From Patescibacteria group bacterium (GTDB taxonomy: Bacteria; Patescibacteriota; Minisyncoccia; CAIUEV01; JAHKAQ01): a stretch of DNA of 64,000 nucleotides. Location of the stretch: NCBI GenBank assembly GCA_034716235.1, contig JAYEHH010000037.1:566-64565 (forward strand). Reading direction: 5' to 3'. The translations under genes and the position numbers were made by a program. This document shows, one piece after another, positions 17,549 to 27,649 of the stretch (position 1 is the first letter of the stretch; the number at the start of each line of letters is the position of its first letter). Under the pieces are notes generated by a model. That model had not been told where the DNA came from and ran no database searches. It saw only the letters and a program-made list of their open reading frames with translations.

Positions 17549-19812
17549 CAAATTTAACAACCTTCTTAACCTTCATAACTCTCACCCTCTTTTTCTTTCT
17601 CTTCCCTTTCTCCGTCAGAGCAACGGCGATTGATATTACGGAAAATACAACTTGGAATGAAGATCAAGTAGTGGAGGATAGGGTTATTGTCATGGGAGGA
17701 GCAACTTTAACCATTGAACCGGGAGTCCAAATTAAATTTAAGCCAGGAGGTAATTTAAGAATCTATGGAGATTTAATAGTGGAAGGAGAAAAGAATCAAC
17801 CGGTAATTTTCTTTAGAGAAAAACCTAAGCCAGAGGAAGAAAGGTGGATGTATTATTTAACCTTTGGAGCCGATTCTAATTCTGTCATCAAACATGCAAT
17901 CATTAAAGAGGCTGGTGGTTATTCTGACTCAGGCTCTCGAATGCCGGGAATGAAAATTAGGGGTAATTTAGAAATTTACGACAGTTTAATCACTCAAAAT
18001 TATTGGGCATTAGAAGTGAGAGACGATGGGCATTTAAAAATGAGAAATTCTGATATTTATGATAATCATACAACTTGGGGCGTAGAAGTATTGGGTCATT
18101 CTGCCGCCGCCGATATTGTTGATAATTATTGGGGAGATAATTCAGGCCCCTTTCATTCTTCTTTTAATAAATTGGCTACAGGAGAAAGAATCAATGGAGG
18201 CAATCTTGAATTTACACCCTGGGAAACAAGAGGTAAGAAGCCAATCATTCTAATCCCTGGATTTGGAGAATCTTTAAATTTCGGAAAGTTTTTTCAGAAT
18301 CAAGTAGGGAGATGGTGGCTTTTCCCGCCTACCAAATCAACCTCAGCCTTAAAAACTTTGCTAGAGGATGCTGGCTATGAAGATGAAGTAGATTTATTTG
18401 TTGGTTTTTATGACTGGCGGAAATCAATTCATCAAAATGCGACGGATTATTTAAAGCCAATTATAAATTTGGCTAAAGAAAAATCTGGTTTTAAAGAGGT
18501 GGACATTGTTGCTTTTAGTTTCGGTGGGCTTGTTTCCAGAAGCTATGTCCAAGGGAATTCTTTTGGGTTTGATGTAAATAATTTAATAACTTTAGGGACT
18601 CCCCATCAAGGAATTTCAAAAATTTACACTTTTGCAGCAGGCGGTCAGTTGCCAGCTGGCTGGAACCCCTTACTTTACATTTATCTCTGGTATGAACAAA
18701 TAGAGGAAGGTCAATCTGCCTTGGGTTATATCCAAAATTATTTACCATCCGTTTATGAGATAATGCCCACCTATGATTTCTTAAAAATGTCAGGGAGCTT
18801 GATTAATCATCAAGAAATGTCTATCACCAATAATATTTTGCAAGAGTTAAATAATGGAATTGGAGATTTACAAAATAGGGTAGATGCATTCTTTGTCGGA
18901 GGGACCGATCAACTAACCTTAGACAATATTCCAGTAAGACCACATCTACCAAACGATGGAGCATTTTGGCTGGACGGAGCTCCTGACCCAGCAAGACCAG
19001 TACCCAACAGTACTGAAGGAGATGCGACGGTCCTTACCAAAAGTGCTATTTGGGGAGTAGAAGATATTAAAAGCACTTTAATCCAGAGCCAGCATGAAGA
19101 TTTACCGTTAGAAGCAAAAACAGAAATTGAGAATATTTTAGACATTGATTTAGGAGAAACAAACTTTGATTTTAATTATTCGGAGGATTATCTTATTTTT
19201 TGCTTAGCTTCTCCTTTGGAAGTGGAAATCGTGGATCAGGCAGGGCATAGGCTTTCTCGGGAAATAAATGAAATTGAAAATGCTTATTTTTATGAAGAAG
19301 ATCCGTTGGGAAAAAAAATAATTTTAATTTATAATCCGGATACTGAATATTCAATGGAGGTTTCCGGGTTGGCGAACAGTGATTATAGAATTTTAGCAAT
19401 GTCAGCTGATGCTAATAGTGAAATAGTTTCTGCTGAAATTTCTGCAGAGATTGCTCTAGGAGAAAATGTTGAATATTGGGCAAGAAGAGTGGTGACTGAT
19501 ACCGAGGGAAATGAGCAGGGGGATGCGAATGAGTTAAAAATTGAAATTTATGAGAAAATCGTAGCTGACTATAAAGTGCTTGTTGGTCGAGTAAAAGATT
19601 TTTATAAAACTGGATTTTTGAAAAGTTGGGAGGTCAGACAGGAACTTTTAGAAAGAATACTGGCTAGCTATAATTTTTCAAAGAGAGATCAATTAGAAGA
19701 AGAGGGATTAATGATTGAAGATATAAAAGCAAAGGTTATTGAACTAGAAGTAAATGAGCTACTTGATTCCTCGAGTTCCCAATTGTTACTAGATGCCCTA
19801 GATGAGTTCTAA
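17542..19812 (+). CDS. Secreted protein: N-terminal signal peptide, right-handed parallel beta-helix repeats, LCAT/PGAP1-like alpha/beta-hydrolase (phospholipase/lipase) domain
   Basis: Signal peptide MTANLTTFLTFITLTLFFFLFPFSVRA; beta-helix-like repeats (NSDIYDNHTTWGVEV...); hallmark FYDWRKS and AFSFGG (A-x-S-x-G-G nucleophile elbow). Start reassigned from the TTG at 17488 to the ATG at 17542. Confidence 0.6.
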   Translation: MTANLTTFLTFITLTLFFFLFPFSVRATAIDITENTTWNEDQVVEDRVIVMGGATLTIEPGVQIKFKPGGNLRIYGDLIVEGEKNQPVIFFREKPKPEEERWMYYLTFGADSNSVIKHAIIKEAGGYSDSGSRMPGMKIRGNLEIYDSLITQNYWALEVRDDGHLKMRNSDIYDNHTTWGVEVLGHSAAADIVDNYWGDNSGPFHSSFNKLATGERINGGNLEFTPWETRGKKPIILIPGFGESLNFGKFFQNQVGRWWLFPPTKSTSALKTLLEDAGYEDEVDLFVGFYDWRKSIHQNATDYLKPIINLAKEKSGFKEVDIVAFSFGGLVSRSYVQGNSFGFDVNNLITLGTPHQGISKIYTFAAGGQLPAGWNPLLYIYLWYEQIEEGQSALGYIQNYLPSVYEIMPTYDFLKMSGSLINHQEMSITNNILQELNNGIGDLQNRVDAFFVGGTDQLTLDNIPVRPHLPNDGAFWLDGAPDPARPVPNSTEGDATVLTKSAIWGVEDIKSTLIQSQHEDLPLEAKTEIENILDIDLGETNFDFNYSEDYLIFCLASPLEVEIVDQAGHRLSREINEIENAYFYEEDPLGKKIILIYNPDTEYSMEVSGLANSDYRILAMSADANSEIVSAEISAEIALGENVEYWARRVVTDTEGNEQGDANELKIEIYEKIVADYKVLVGRVKDFYKTGFLKSWEVRQELLERILASYNFSKRDQLEEEGLMIEDIKAKVIELEVNELLDSSSSQLLLDALDEF

Positions 19813-19945
19813 ATTCAAGAATTTAGAACTCTTTTTATAAAAGTGATTTTTTATAAAAAATAGGTTACAATGTAAATATAATTTAACATAGTAGAAGTAG
19901 GGATATTCAAATAAACATTCATGGTCTTAAAAACCATTAAAGATT

Positions 19946-20161
19946 ATGCAAAAACCATATTACGAAAAACCAAATTTTAAATTATATAAAACAGATAGTT
20001 TAGAGTTTCTAGCACAATTACCAGAAAATTCTATTGATATGATTTTTGCCGATCCTCCCTATTTTCTTTCAAGTGGAAGTTTCACCTGCCACAATGGAAA
20101 AATGGTAAATGTAAAAAAGGGAGATTTTATAATTTTTCGACAAAAGAAACCATGCAATTAA
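19946..20161 (+). pseudogene. N-terminal 71-aa fragment of a DpnA/beta-class N6-adenine (GATC) DNA methyltransferase; truncated, displaced by the downstream gene
   Basis: MQKPYYEKPNFKLYKTDSLEFLAQLPENSIDMIFADPPYFLSSG...VNVKKGDF matches the N-terminus and DPPY motif IV of DpnA-like MTases. The reading frame ends after 71 aa and overlaps the start of the next ORF. Confidence 0.65.
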
Positions 20162-20919
20162 TTTTGAATACAGATTTAGCTACTCAATACAAAAGTCAAT
20201 CTCAGAAAGTTAGAGTTTTGACTGAAAATTGGGTAAAAAATGAGATTTTTTGTCCGAATTGTGGGAATATTATTTCTAAATATCCAAACAATAAGCCAGT
20301 TGGAGATTTCTATTGTTCTGATTGTTTAGAAGATTATGAATTAAAAAGTAAAAAAGATTCAATTGGTAATAAAATTGTTGATGGAGCTTATAAAACAATG
20401 ATTGAAAGATTACAAAGCTCTACAAATCCAAATTTTTTCTTTTTAAACTATAATTTGCATACTTACGAAGTTGTAAATTTTGTTGTTATTCCAAAACATT
20501 TTTTTATTCCAGAAATAATTGAAAAAAGGAGACCCTTATCAGAGAATGCTCGTCGTGCTGGCTGGGTTGGTTGTAGTATTTTATTACAAAGTATTCCTGA
20601 AAGTGGAAAGATTTTCTACATTAAAAATCAACGAAAACAAAAAAAAGAAAAAGTTTTAAAAAATTGGCAAAAGACTTTATTTTTAAGACAACCTCAAGAA
20701 ATAGAATTAAAAGGCTGGATTTTAGATATTATGAAGTGCATTGATAAATTAGGGAAAAAGAAATTTTCGCTCGAAGAAATGTATTCATTTGAGAAAATCT
20801 TATCAGAAAAATATCCTGAGAATAATCATATTAAGGATAAAATAAGACAACAACTCCAGTTTTTAAGAGATGAAGGTTATTTAGATTTTTTATCTCGTGG
20901 TATTTATCGTTTAAAATAA
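20152..20919 (+). CDS. DpnI-like methylation-dependent (G-m6A-TC) type IIM restriction endonuclease: PD-(D/E)XK catalytic domain plus C-terminal winged helix
   Basis: 255 aa. From my memory of the S. pneumoniae DpnI sequence, the blocks match closely: YKSQSQKVRVLTENWV, FCPNCGN, DFYCSDC, ELKSKK, DGAYKTM, NPNFFFLNY, RRAGWVGC, GLFLR, NNHIKDKIRQQLQFLRD. Length is also the same. Confidence 0.75.
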   Translation: MQLILNTDLATQYKSQSQKVRVLTENWVKNEIFCPNCGNIISKYPNNKPVGDFYCSDCLEDYELKSKKDSIGNKIVDGAYKTMIERLQSSTNPNFFFLNYNLHTYEVVNFVVIPKHFFIPEIIEKRRPLSENARRAGWVGCSILLQSIPESGKIFYIKNQRKQKKEKVLKNWQKTLFLRQPQEIELKGWILDIMKCIDKLGKKKFSLEEMYSFEKILSEKYPENNHIKDKIRQQLQFLRDEGYLDFLSRGIYRLK

Positions 20920-20922
20920 AAA

Positions 20923-22218
20923 ATGGAAAAAGAAAAGTTAGCTAAAAAGAAAAAGAAGAAGACTATGTCTTTGTCTTTCCCGAATGATTTTTTTTGGGGA
21001 AGTTCTACTTCGTCTTATCAAGTAGAGGGTGGGAATGTAAATGACTGGAGCCAATGGGAAAAGAAAAATGCTAAAAAATTAGCTCATTCGGCAAAAAGTT
21101 ATTGGAAACCTTGGCAAATAAAAAAATTTCCCCAAATACTTTCTCCAGATAATTATATTTGCGATAAAGCTTGTGATCACTATCATCGCTACGAAGAGGA
21201 CTTTGATTGGATTAAATCCTTACATCAAAATGCCCATCGTCTTTCTATAGAGTGGTCACGAATAGAACCAGCAGAAGGAAGATTTGATAAAAAAGAACTC
21301 CAGCATTATAGGAAAGTGCTAGAGGCTTTAAGGGCGAGAGGAATTGAACCTTTTGTAACTTTGAAACATTATACTAATCCAATCTGGCTTTCTGAAAAGG
21401 GAGGAATAGCGAGCCCAGCTTATCCGCGTTTATTTTCTCGTTATGTTCAAAAAGTGGTTCAAGAATTGGGCGATCTTTGCCAATATTGGATTACGGTGAA
21501 TGAACCGATGGTGATTATTCATAATGCCCATCTAACAAATAATTCTTGGCCCGGAGAAAAAAGCCTTATAAAAGCTCATAAATATTTTACTGCAACGGTT
21601 AAAGCTCACAATATGGCTTATGATTGCATTAAGCAAAAATTTCCCCAGGCTCAGATTGGTGTCGCCAAGCTTTTAAATTCTTGGGAACCGGTCAATAAAA
21701 AATCTTTCCTAGATATGTTAACCGTTAGATTAGCTCGTTATTTTAGCAATGAAAAATTTATCAACGCGATAAAATCTAAATTAGATTTTATAGGAGTAAA
21801 TTATTATTTTCATGATCAATTAAAATTTCCGTATCAACGTGTAACTACAAAAACGAAAGTTTCTGATTTGAATTGGGAAATTTATCCCAAGGGTATCTAT
21901 AAAGTATTGCAGGAAATTAAAAAATATAATCTTCCAATTTATATTACGGAAAATGGCTTAGCGGATGCGAGTGATAAATATAGAGCAGATTTTATTAAGG
22001 AACATCTGTTTTGGATAAATAAAGCCATTCAAGAAAAAATTCCAGTTAAAGGATATTTTCATTGGTCCCTTATGGATAATTTTGAGTGGAATAAAGGTTT
22101 TTGGCCTCGTTTTGGTCTTCTAGAAATAGATTATCACACGCTGACAAGAAAACTTCGTCCTAGTGGTAAAATTTACGCTGAAATTTGTGCTACTAATAAG
22201 CTTAAATTTGATAAATGA
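20923..22218 (+). CDS. Glycoside hydrolase family 1 (beta-glucosidase/beta-galactosidase)
   Basis: FPNDFFWGSSTSSYQVEGG N-terminal signature; TVNEP (acid/base) and YITENG (nucleophile) motifs. Confidence 0.9.
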   Translation: MEKEKLAKKKKKKTMSLSFPNDFFWGSSTSSYQVEGGNVNDWSQWEKKNAKKLAHSAKSYWKPWQIKKFPQILSPDNYICDKACDHYHRYEEDFDWIKSLHQNAHRLSIEWSRIEPAEGRFDKKELQHYRKVLEALRARGIEPFVTLKHYTNPIWLSEKGGIASPAYPRLFSRYVQKVVQELGDLCQYWITVNEPMVIIHNAHLTNNSWPGEKSLIKAHKYFTATVKAHNMAYDCIKQKFPQAQIGVAKLLNSWEPVNKKSFLDMLTVRLARYFSNEKFINAIKSKLDFIGVNYYFHDQLKFPYQRVTTKTKVSDLNWEIYPKGIYKVLQEIKKYNLPIYITENGLADASDKYRADFIKEHLFWINKAIQEKIPVKGYFHWSLMDNFEWNKGFWPRFGLLEIDYHTLTRKLRPSGKIYAEICATNKLKFDK

Positions 22219-23129
22219 TTTTAGGCTTAACAATTGCAATCTTCGCTTATTTTTTAAATGCTATCACAACGATAGTGGATAAGTATTTATTACGACGTTC
22301 TGTCCCCAGTCCGATAAGCTATGGTTTTTACATGGGGATTTTAAGTATTTTTGCTCTTCCGCTTTTTATTTTTGGATTTGAATACCCAGGTTTTCTTTTA
22401 TTACTGTTTGATTTTTTAGCCGGCTTCGTTTTCTTGATTTCCATTTTGCTAATGTATGTTGCTTTGAAGAATGGAGAGGCTTCTAGAGTGATGCCAATTA
22501 TTGGAGGGCTAACCCCGATTCTACTTTATGTTTACGAAACCTTAATCGCCAAGAACCACATTGGCAGTGGGCAACTAGTAGCCTGTAGCCTGTTAATTGC
22601 TGGAAGTATTTTAATCTCAATGAGAATAAAAAATAATAAAAAACATCAGCAACGAATACATTTTGAGAGTTTAGGCATTGCGACTCTCTCTGCTTTTTTC
22701 TTAGCTGGCTATTTTATTTTGATAGATCAAATTTACACAACCCAGGTTTTTATAGCTGGTTTTGTTTGGACTAGAATAGGCAGTTTTTTAGGAGCCCTAT
22801 TATTACTAAGCTTTCAAAAAAATCGAAAGAAAATATTTATTACTACCAAAAAAATAAAATTAACTGTAGCCAGTATTGTAATCTCTAATAAAATTATTGC
22901 TGGGATAGCTTTTATTTTGTTAAATTTAGCTGTAGCTAAATCTTCTGGTTTGATAGTAAATTCATTAAATGGGACGCAATATGTATTTTTGTTCTTAATG
23001 ATTATTATTCTATCGTATAAATATCCTAAAATAATCAAAGAAAAGTTTAATAAATGGGTAATTTGGCAAAAGTCTTTGGCACTTGTTTTGGTTGGGATGG
23101 GATTAGTTCTCCTTTTTATAGCCAATTAG
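22215..23129 (+). CDS. DMT-superfamily (EamA-like) 10-TM transporter
   Basis: Two internal repeats each with a G-x-AS-x-V/I motif (ALKNGEASRVMPIIGG; AVAKSSGLIVNSLNG). Start overlaps the GH1 stop by 4 nt, so the two are probably co-transcribed. Confidence 0.55.
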   Translation: MILGLTIAIFAYFLNAITTIVDKYLLRRSVPSPISYGFYMGILSIFALPLFIFGFEYPGFLLLLFDFLAGFVFLISILLMYVALKNGEASRVMPIIGGLTPILLYVYETLIAKNHIGSGQLVACSLLIAGSILISMRIKNNKKHQQRIHFESLGIATLSAFFLAGYFILIDQIYTTQVFIAGFVWTRIGSFLGALLLLSFQKNRKKIFITTKKIKLTVASIVISNKIIAGIAFILLNLAVAKSSGLIVNSLNGTQYVFLFLMIIILSYKYPKIIKEKFNKWVIWQKSLALVLVGMGLVLLFIAN

Positions 23130-23186
23130 GGGTATCTAGATAAATTTTAAATTTTCAAATAAAATCGTTTGTCTTTGTTGGATGGG

Positions 23187-23253
23187 TCATTCCCGCCTTT
23201 ACAGGAATGACATATCTGTCAGTGAATTATCTAACTTTTACAGGAATGACAGG
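23187..23253. repeat. Degenerate module A-like repeat pair (GTCATTCCCGCCTTTACAGGAATGACA ... TTTTACAGGAATGACAGG)
   Basis: Same GTCATTCC...GGAATGAC termini as module A with an altered loop. Confidence 0.55.
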
Positions 23254-23294
23254 TCTCGCGACAAAAAATTTTCTAACTTTAAAATTTCTTCCTC

Positions 23295-24299
23295 ATGTTA
23301 TCTAAAAAAATAAAATTATTCACATTAGTATTAATTTTGGTTTTTGGTAGTGGCCTATTTTTAATGCTCCGTAAGCCTTCAAATTATACGGAAGATATTA
23401 AATGGGGAATTACTTATTCTAAATTTTTTGCAGAAAAAGCAGGGCTTGATTGGCAAAAAACCTACCTTGCTATTTTAGATGACCTGGGAAGTAAAAAGAT
23501 ACGCTTGCCCGTCTATTGGCAATTTGTAGAGCAGAAAGAAGGGGAGTACGACTTTGCAGACCTAGACTGGATGATGGAGGAGGCCGAAAAACGTCAAGTA
23601 GAAATCATTTTAGTTGTTGGAAGAAAAGTACCTCGTTGGCCAGAATGTCATATTCCTGATTGGGCAAGAGAGCTAGATGAATCTGAGCAACAAGCGAAAA
23701 TACTTAAACTTATTGAAGTAGTGGTTAAACGTTATCGAGAGTCTGATAGTCTTGCCGTTTGGCAGATTGAGAATGAACCCTTCTTAGCTTTTGGAGAATG
23801 TCCAGCTCTAGATGTTGACTTTCTTGATCAAGAAATAAAGAAAACAAAGTCATTGGATCCAAAACATCCAATCTTAATTACGGATAGCGGAGAAATGAGT
23901 ATTTGGCTTAGGGCGGCCAAAAGGGGAGATATCTTTGGAACAACCATGTATAGAATAATTTGGAATAAACATTTGAAGTATTTCAAGTATCCTCTACCTC
24001 CAAGGTTTTTCTGGATGAAAGCTAACTTAATAAATTTATTCTATAAAGATAAACCGATAATTGTTTGTGAACTCCAAGGAGAATATTGGGGACCCAAACA
24101 ATCCTATGAAACTCCATTGGCGCTTGAAATGGAACATTATCCCTTGGAAGAATTTCAGCAGAGCTTAGCTTATGCGAAAGCGGTTGGATTTGGTGAAGTT
24201 TATTTGTGGGGAGTAGAATGGTGGTACTGGCTCAAAGAAGAACATGGTGATGCTACCTATTGGGAAGAAGCTAAAACATTACTTCAACAATCAGATTAA
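23295..24299 (+). CDS. Secreted/membrane-anchored TIM-barrel glycoside hydrolase (GH5/GH113-like)
   Basis: N-terminal TM/signal; WQIENEP (NEP acid/base motif); later CELQGEYWG is a candidate nucleophile region. Confidence 0.45.
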   Translation: MLSKKIKLFTLVLILVFGSGLFLMLRKPSNYTEDIKWGITYSKFFAEKAGLDWQKTYLAILDDLGSKKIRLPVYWQFVEQKEGEYDFADLDWMMEEAEKRQVEIILVVGRKVPRWPECHIPDWARELDESEQQAKILKLIEVVVKRYRESDSLAVWQIENEPFLAFGECPALDVDFLDQEIKKTKSLDPKHPILITDSGEMSIWLRAAKRGDIFGTTMYRIIWNKHLKYFKYPLPPRFFWMKANLINLFYKDKPIIVCELQGEYWGPKQSYETPLALEMEHYPLEEFQQSLAYAKAVGFGEVYLWGVEWWYWLKEEHGDATYWEEAKTLLQQSD

Positions 24300-24324
24300 A
24301 AATAATAACACATAAGAATTTATC

Positions 24325-25197
24325 ATGAAATTTACTATTGGTTTTGACATTGGAGGGTCTAGTATCAAAAGTGTTGTTTACGGCAAGGGGAAAATAATGT
24401 TTAAACATTCCGAGGATAGTCGGGATATTACCAATATCCACGAACTTACAAAAAAATTATCTAAAATATACCAAAAAATGCACCGGCAATTTAAAATTGA
24501 AAAAAATCCATTGGTTGGGGTAGCTATTGCTGGAGTTTTAGACAAAAAAAGAGAGATTATGTTGAAAAGTCCAAATATTCCCTATTTAGATGGGCTAAAT
24601 TTAAGAAAAATATTCACCAAACAGCTTAAGGGAAGAATTTTTTTGGAGAATGACGCCAACTGTTTTCTTATTAGAGAAAAAGAAAAAGGAGTACTCAAAA
24701 ATATTAAAAGTGCTTTCTGCCTAACTCTAGGAACGGGCATTGGAGGAGCAATTCTTTTAAATGGAGAAATTTATAGAGGATATAATGGAGCAGCTGGAGA
24801 AATAGGACATATGATTATGGGAGAAAAAAATAATTTTGAATTTGAAGATTTAGCTTCAATAAAATTATTGAAAAAACATTTGAATCTTGGTCCCCAAGAA
24901 GTCAAAAAATTAGCAGACATTGGCGATAAAAAAGCCTTGAAGGTTTTAAAAACTTTCGGAGAGAATTTAGGAGCAGGTATCGCGAATATTATAAATATTT
25001 ATGATCCGCAACTTATAATTATTGGAGGAGGATGCGCCCAGCTTAAAAAACACCTTTTGCCAGTAGTGGAAAAAGTAGTAAGGAGTAAGATTGTCTCCCC
25101 ACCAGCTAAAACAACTGAAATAATTTTTATTTGGGAAGGCTCTAAATCTATTTTTGTGGGAGCAGAAGGAGCAGCTATTATGACTCAAAAAAAATAA
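24325..25197 (+). CDS. ROK-family sugar kinase (glucokinase-like)
   Basis: FDIGGSSIK ATP-binding start; LENDANCF; GTGIGGAILLNGEIYRGYNGAAGEIGHM. Confidence 0.8.
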   Translation: MKFTIGFDIGGSSIKSVVYGKGKIMFKHSEDSRDITNIHELTKKLSKIYQKMHRQFKIEKNPLVGVAIAGVLDKKREIMLKSPNIPYLDGLNLRKIFTKQLKGRIFLENDANCFLIREKEKGVLKNIKSAFCLTLGTGIGGAILLNGEIYRGYNGAAGEIGHMIMGEKNNFEFEDLASIKLLKKHLNLGPQEVKKLADIGDKKALKVLKTFGENLGAGIANIINIYDPQLIIIGGGCAQLKKHLLPVVEKVVRSKIVSPPAKTTEIIFIWEGSKSIFVGAEGAAIMTQKK

Positions 25198-25284
25198 TAT
25201 TTTTTGCTAAAAAACCACTAGAGTGTTTTTTTAAATAATGTATAATAGATTACATCGCATAATAGATTTATAGATTAAAACAAA

Positions 25285-27609
25285 ATGTTATCTAAAAAAC
25301 CAGCTATTTTTATTTTATTTTATACCCTGCTTTTTACTTTTCCGATTGTTTTTTTCTTGTTTTTTAGAATTCCCGGTAAATATGCAGATACCTATCAAGT
25401 TTGGGGAAAAGCATTGGAATTTAGGAATCTAATCGCAGAAAAGGGAATAATTGAGACTATTGGGTGGCAATTACATAATCTACGGATTACTCCCATTGAA
25501 GCCATTGGTTGGGCTCAAAAAATTACCAATCAATTTATGGGCTATAATTTAGTCTGGTTGTTTTCTTTTTTTATGGCAGCTTGGGGGATGTATTGCCTGG
25601 CTAATTATTTGATTAAAAACCGTTTTGCAGCCATTACTTCGGCCATAATTTTTTCTTTTTCTCCTTTCCATTTTTTTCAAGGAATATCTACCAATATTGG
25701 AACAATGCACTACGAATGGATTCCGTTTTTTGTCCTGTATTTGATTAAATTTTTAAGAAATACCAAATTAAAGGATTTTCTTCTAACTGCTTTGTTTTTA
25801 GTGTTGATTGCTCTAGCCGAACATCAACTGCTAGCCTTTACTTTAATTCTAGCGAGTATTTTAACGGTGGCCTTTCTTATAAAAAATCGCCGGGTTCTTT
25901 ATCGGTTTAAATTTTGGCTTTATGGGGCAGGAGGTATCTTAATTTTGTTACTAGCCATTAAATTTATTTTCGGAGGATTACTAGAAGTCACCCAATCGGA
26001 AGAAAATTATTTAGATCCTGGATCGGATCAAGTAAAGCGTTATTCAACCGATGCCGTTGATTTTTTTGTTCCTGCTTCAATCAATCCTTTTTGGGGAGAA
26101 AAATTTAATTATTTACGTAAAGATACAGAAGCCAATGGAATGGGACGACAATCTAATTATATTGGTTATACGGTAATATTTTTAATATTGCTTTCTTTAC
26201 TAAGCCTCTTAGGTACTCAAAAAAGACCCGCTATTAAATTATTTTTTTTAGGTATAGGTATTTTCTTTGCTATTTTAAGTCTAGGACCCTACTTACACTG
26301 GAAAGGAGAAATTAGGGAAGGGCTCTGGATGCCGTACACCTTTTTATACGAGCATATCCCTTTTTGGTATATTATCCGAACGGTTAATCGTTTGTATGTT
26401 ATTTCTTTGTTAGGTTTTGCCTTGTCAGCAGGGTTTGGTCTAAACTATGTTTTAAGTTTTTTAGATGGTAAGAAAAAAAAGGCCACAGAGGAAGAGAATG
26501 AAAAAAATAGAAAAAACAGAGTAGAGGCTCAGGAAGAAAAACCGAATAATATTTCTCAAAAAGAGAAAGCAGTACTTTCTCCAAGACAAATAAGGATAGA
26601 ACAGAATAAAGTAGCTGGCACTAAATTTTCTAAATTTCTTAAAAATAAATCTCTTGAATTTTTTAGAAACAAGCCTTTATTTATAACCACTATTTTTATT
26701 TTATTAATTTCCATAGAGTATTTAAGCATCCCGGTTCCTACTCTTACCTTAGATTATAGTCGGTTTTATGATGATTTGGCCGCTGAGGAAGGGGATTTTT
26801 CAATTATAGATATTCCCGGAGCCACCAGTTATGATTATGGCTCCAAGTTGATGTTCTACGATCGCATTCACCAAAAGAATAATTTAGCCGGTATGGATTT
26901 TGCTAGGATTATTGAAGATAAGTGGGATTTTCAAAAAAATACTCCCATTTTAGGTGATTTATTGTACAGTCTTTCTACTGGAGGGAAGCCTCCCAACAAG
27001 GAAATTATTAATGATTATTATTATAATTTAGCTACTAAGATATTGAATTTTTACAATATAAAATATATTATAGTTTCTAAGGCCTATCTCAGGGATAGTA
27101 AAAAATTTGATGGTGAAGCCTATGAAAATACTTTGAATTTCATTGATGGCCAATTAGATGCCGAACTGGTTTATGAGGATAACTTTTTAGTGGCTTTTAA
27201 AATTAATCCAAGTAAGCAACTAGATGGATGGTTTTTAGCTCTAGATCTTACTGGAGATTATTGGGCAAAAAAGGAAGGAGAAAAAGACTCTGTGGCTCGT
27301 TGGGCCAAAAATGGAGCCAGTTTAAGGCTAGTTAATATGGGTGACTCTCCTCAAAAAATACGCTTGTCTTTTAAGACTAGAATTAGAGATCTTCGGAGGG
27401 TGGAAGTTTATCTAAATGGGGTTAAACAAGGTGGTTTTAAAACTAAGGAAAAGAAAGAAGAGCATGCTGTCCTGTTAGAAGAAGTTGTTCCGGGAGACAA
27501 TCGGATAGTTTTTAAAATCTTAGACCTAGCTGGAAATTATGTAGAAAGCTATGAGCTAAAAAAGGGAATTAAATTTTCTAATTTCAAAACTGTGAGTTGG
27601 GACAAATAG
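25285..27609 (+). CDS. Large polytopic membrane protein with a C-terminal extracytoplasmic domain (YfhO/GT-C-like putative glycosyltransferase)
   Basis: At least 12 predicted TM helices in the first ~400 aa, a KE-rich linker, then a ~330-aa soluble domain; architecture only, no diagnostic motif recognised. Confidence 0.3.
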   Translation: MLSKKPAIFILFYTLLFTFPIVFFLFFRIPGKYADTYQVWGKALEFRNLIAEKGIIETIGWQLHNLRITPIEAIGWAQKITNQFMGYNLVWLFSFFMAAWGMYCLANYLIKNRFAAITSAIIFSFSPFHFFQGISTNIGTMHYEWIPFFVLYLIKFLRNTKLKDFLLTALFLVLIALAEHQLLAFTLILASILTVAFLIKNRRVLYRFKFWLYGAGGILILLLAIKFIFGGLLEVTQSEENYLDPGSDQVKRYSTDAVDFFVPASINPFWGEKFNYLRKDTEANGMGRQSNYIGYTVIFLILLSLLSLLGTQKRPAIKLFFLGIGIFFAILSLGPYLHWKGEIREGLWMPYTFLYEHIPFWYIIRTVNRLYVISLLGFALSAGFGLNYVLSFLDGKKKKATEEENEKNRKNRVEAQEEKPNNISQKEKAVLSPRQIRIEQNKVAGTKFSKFLKNKSLEFFRNKPLFITTIFILLISIEYLSIPVPTLTLDYSRFYDDLAAEEGDFSIIDIPGATSYDYGSKLMFYDRIHQKNNLAGMDFARIIEDKWDFQKNTPILGDLLYSLSTGGKPPNKEIINDYYYNLATKILNFYNIKYIIVSKAYLRDSKKFDGEAYENTLNFIDGQLDAELVYEDNFLVAFKINPSKQLDGWFLALDLTGDYWAKKEGEKDSVARWAKNGASLRLVNMGDSPQKIRLSFKTRIRDLRRVEVYLNGVKQGGFKTKEKKEEHAVLLEEVVPGDNRIVFKILDLAGNYVESYELKKGIKFSNFKTVSWDK

Positions 27610-27649
27610 TGGTTAAGCTATTATGCTAATCTAACACTTGATATAATCT

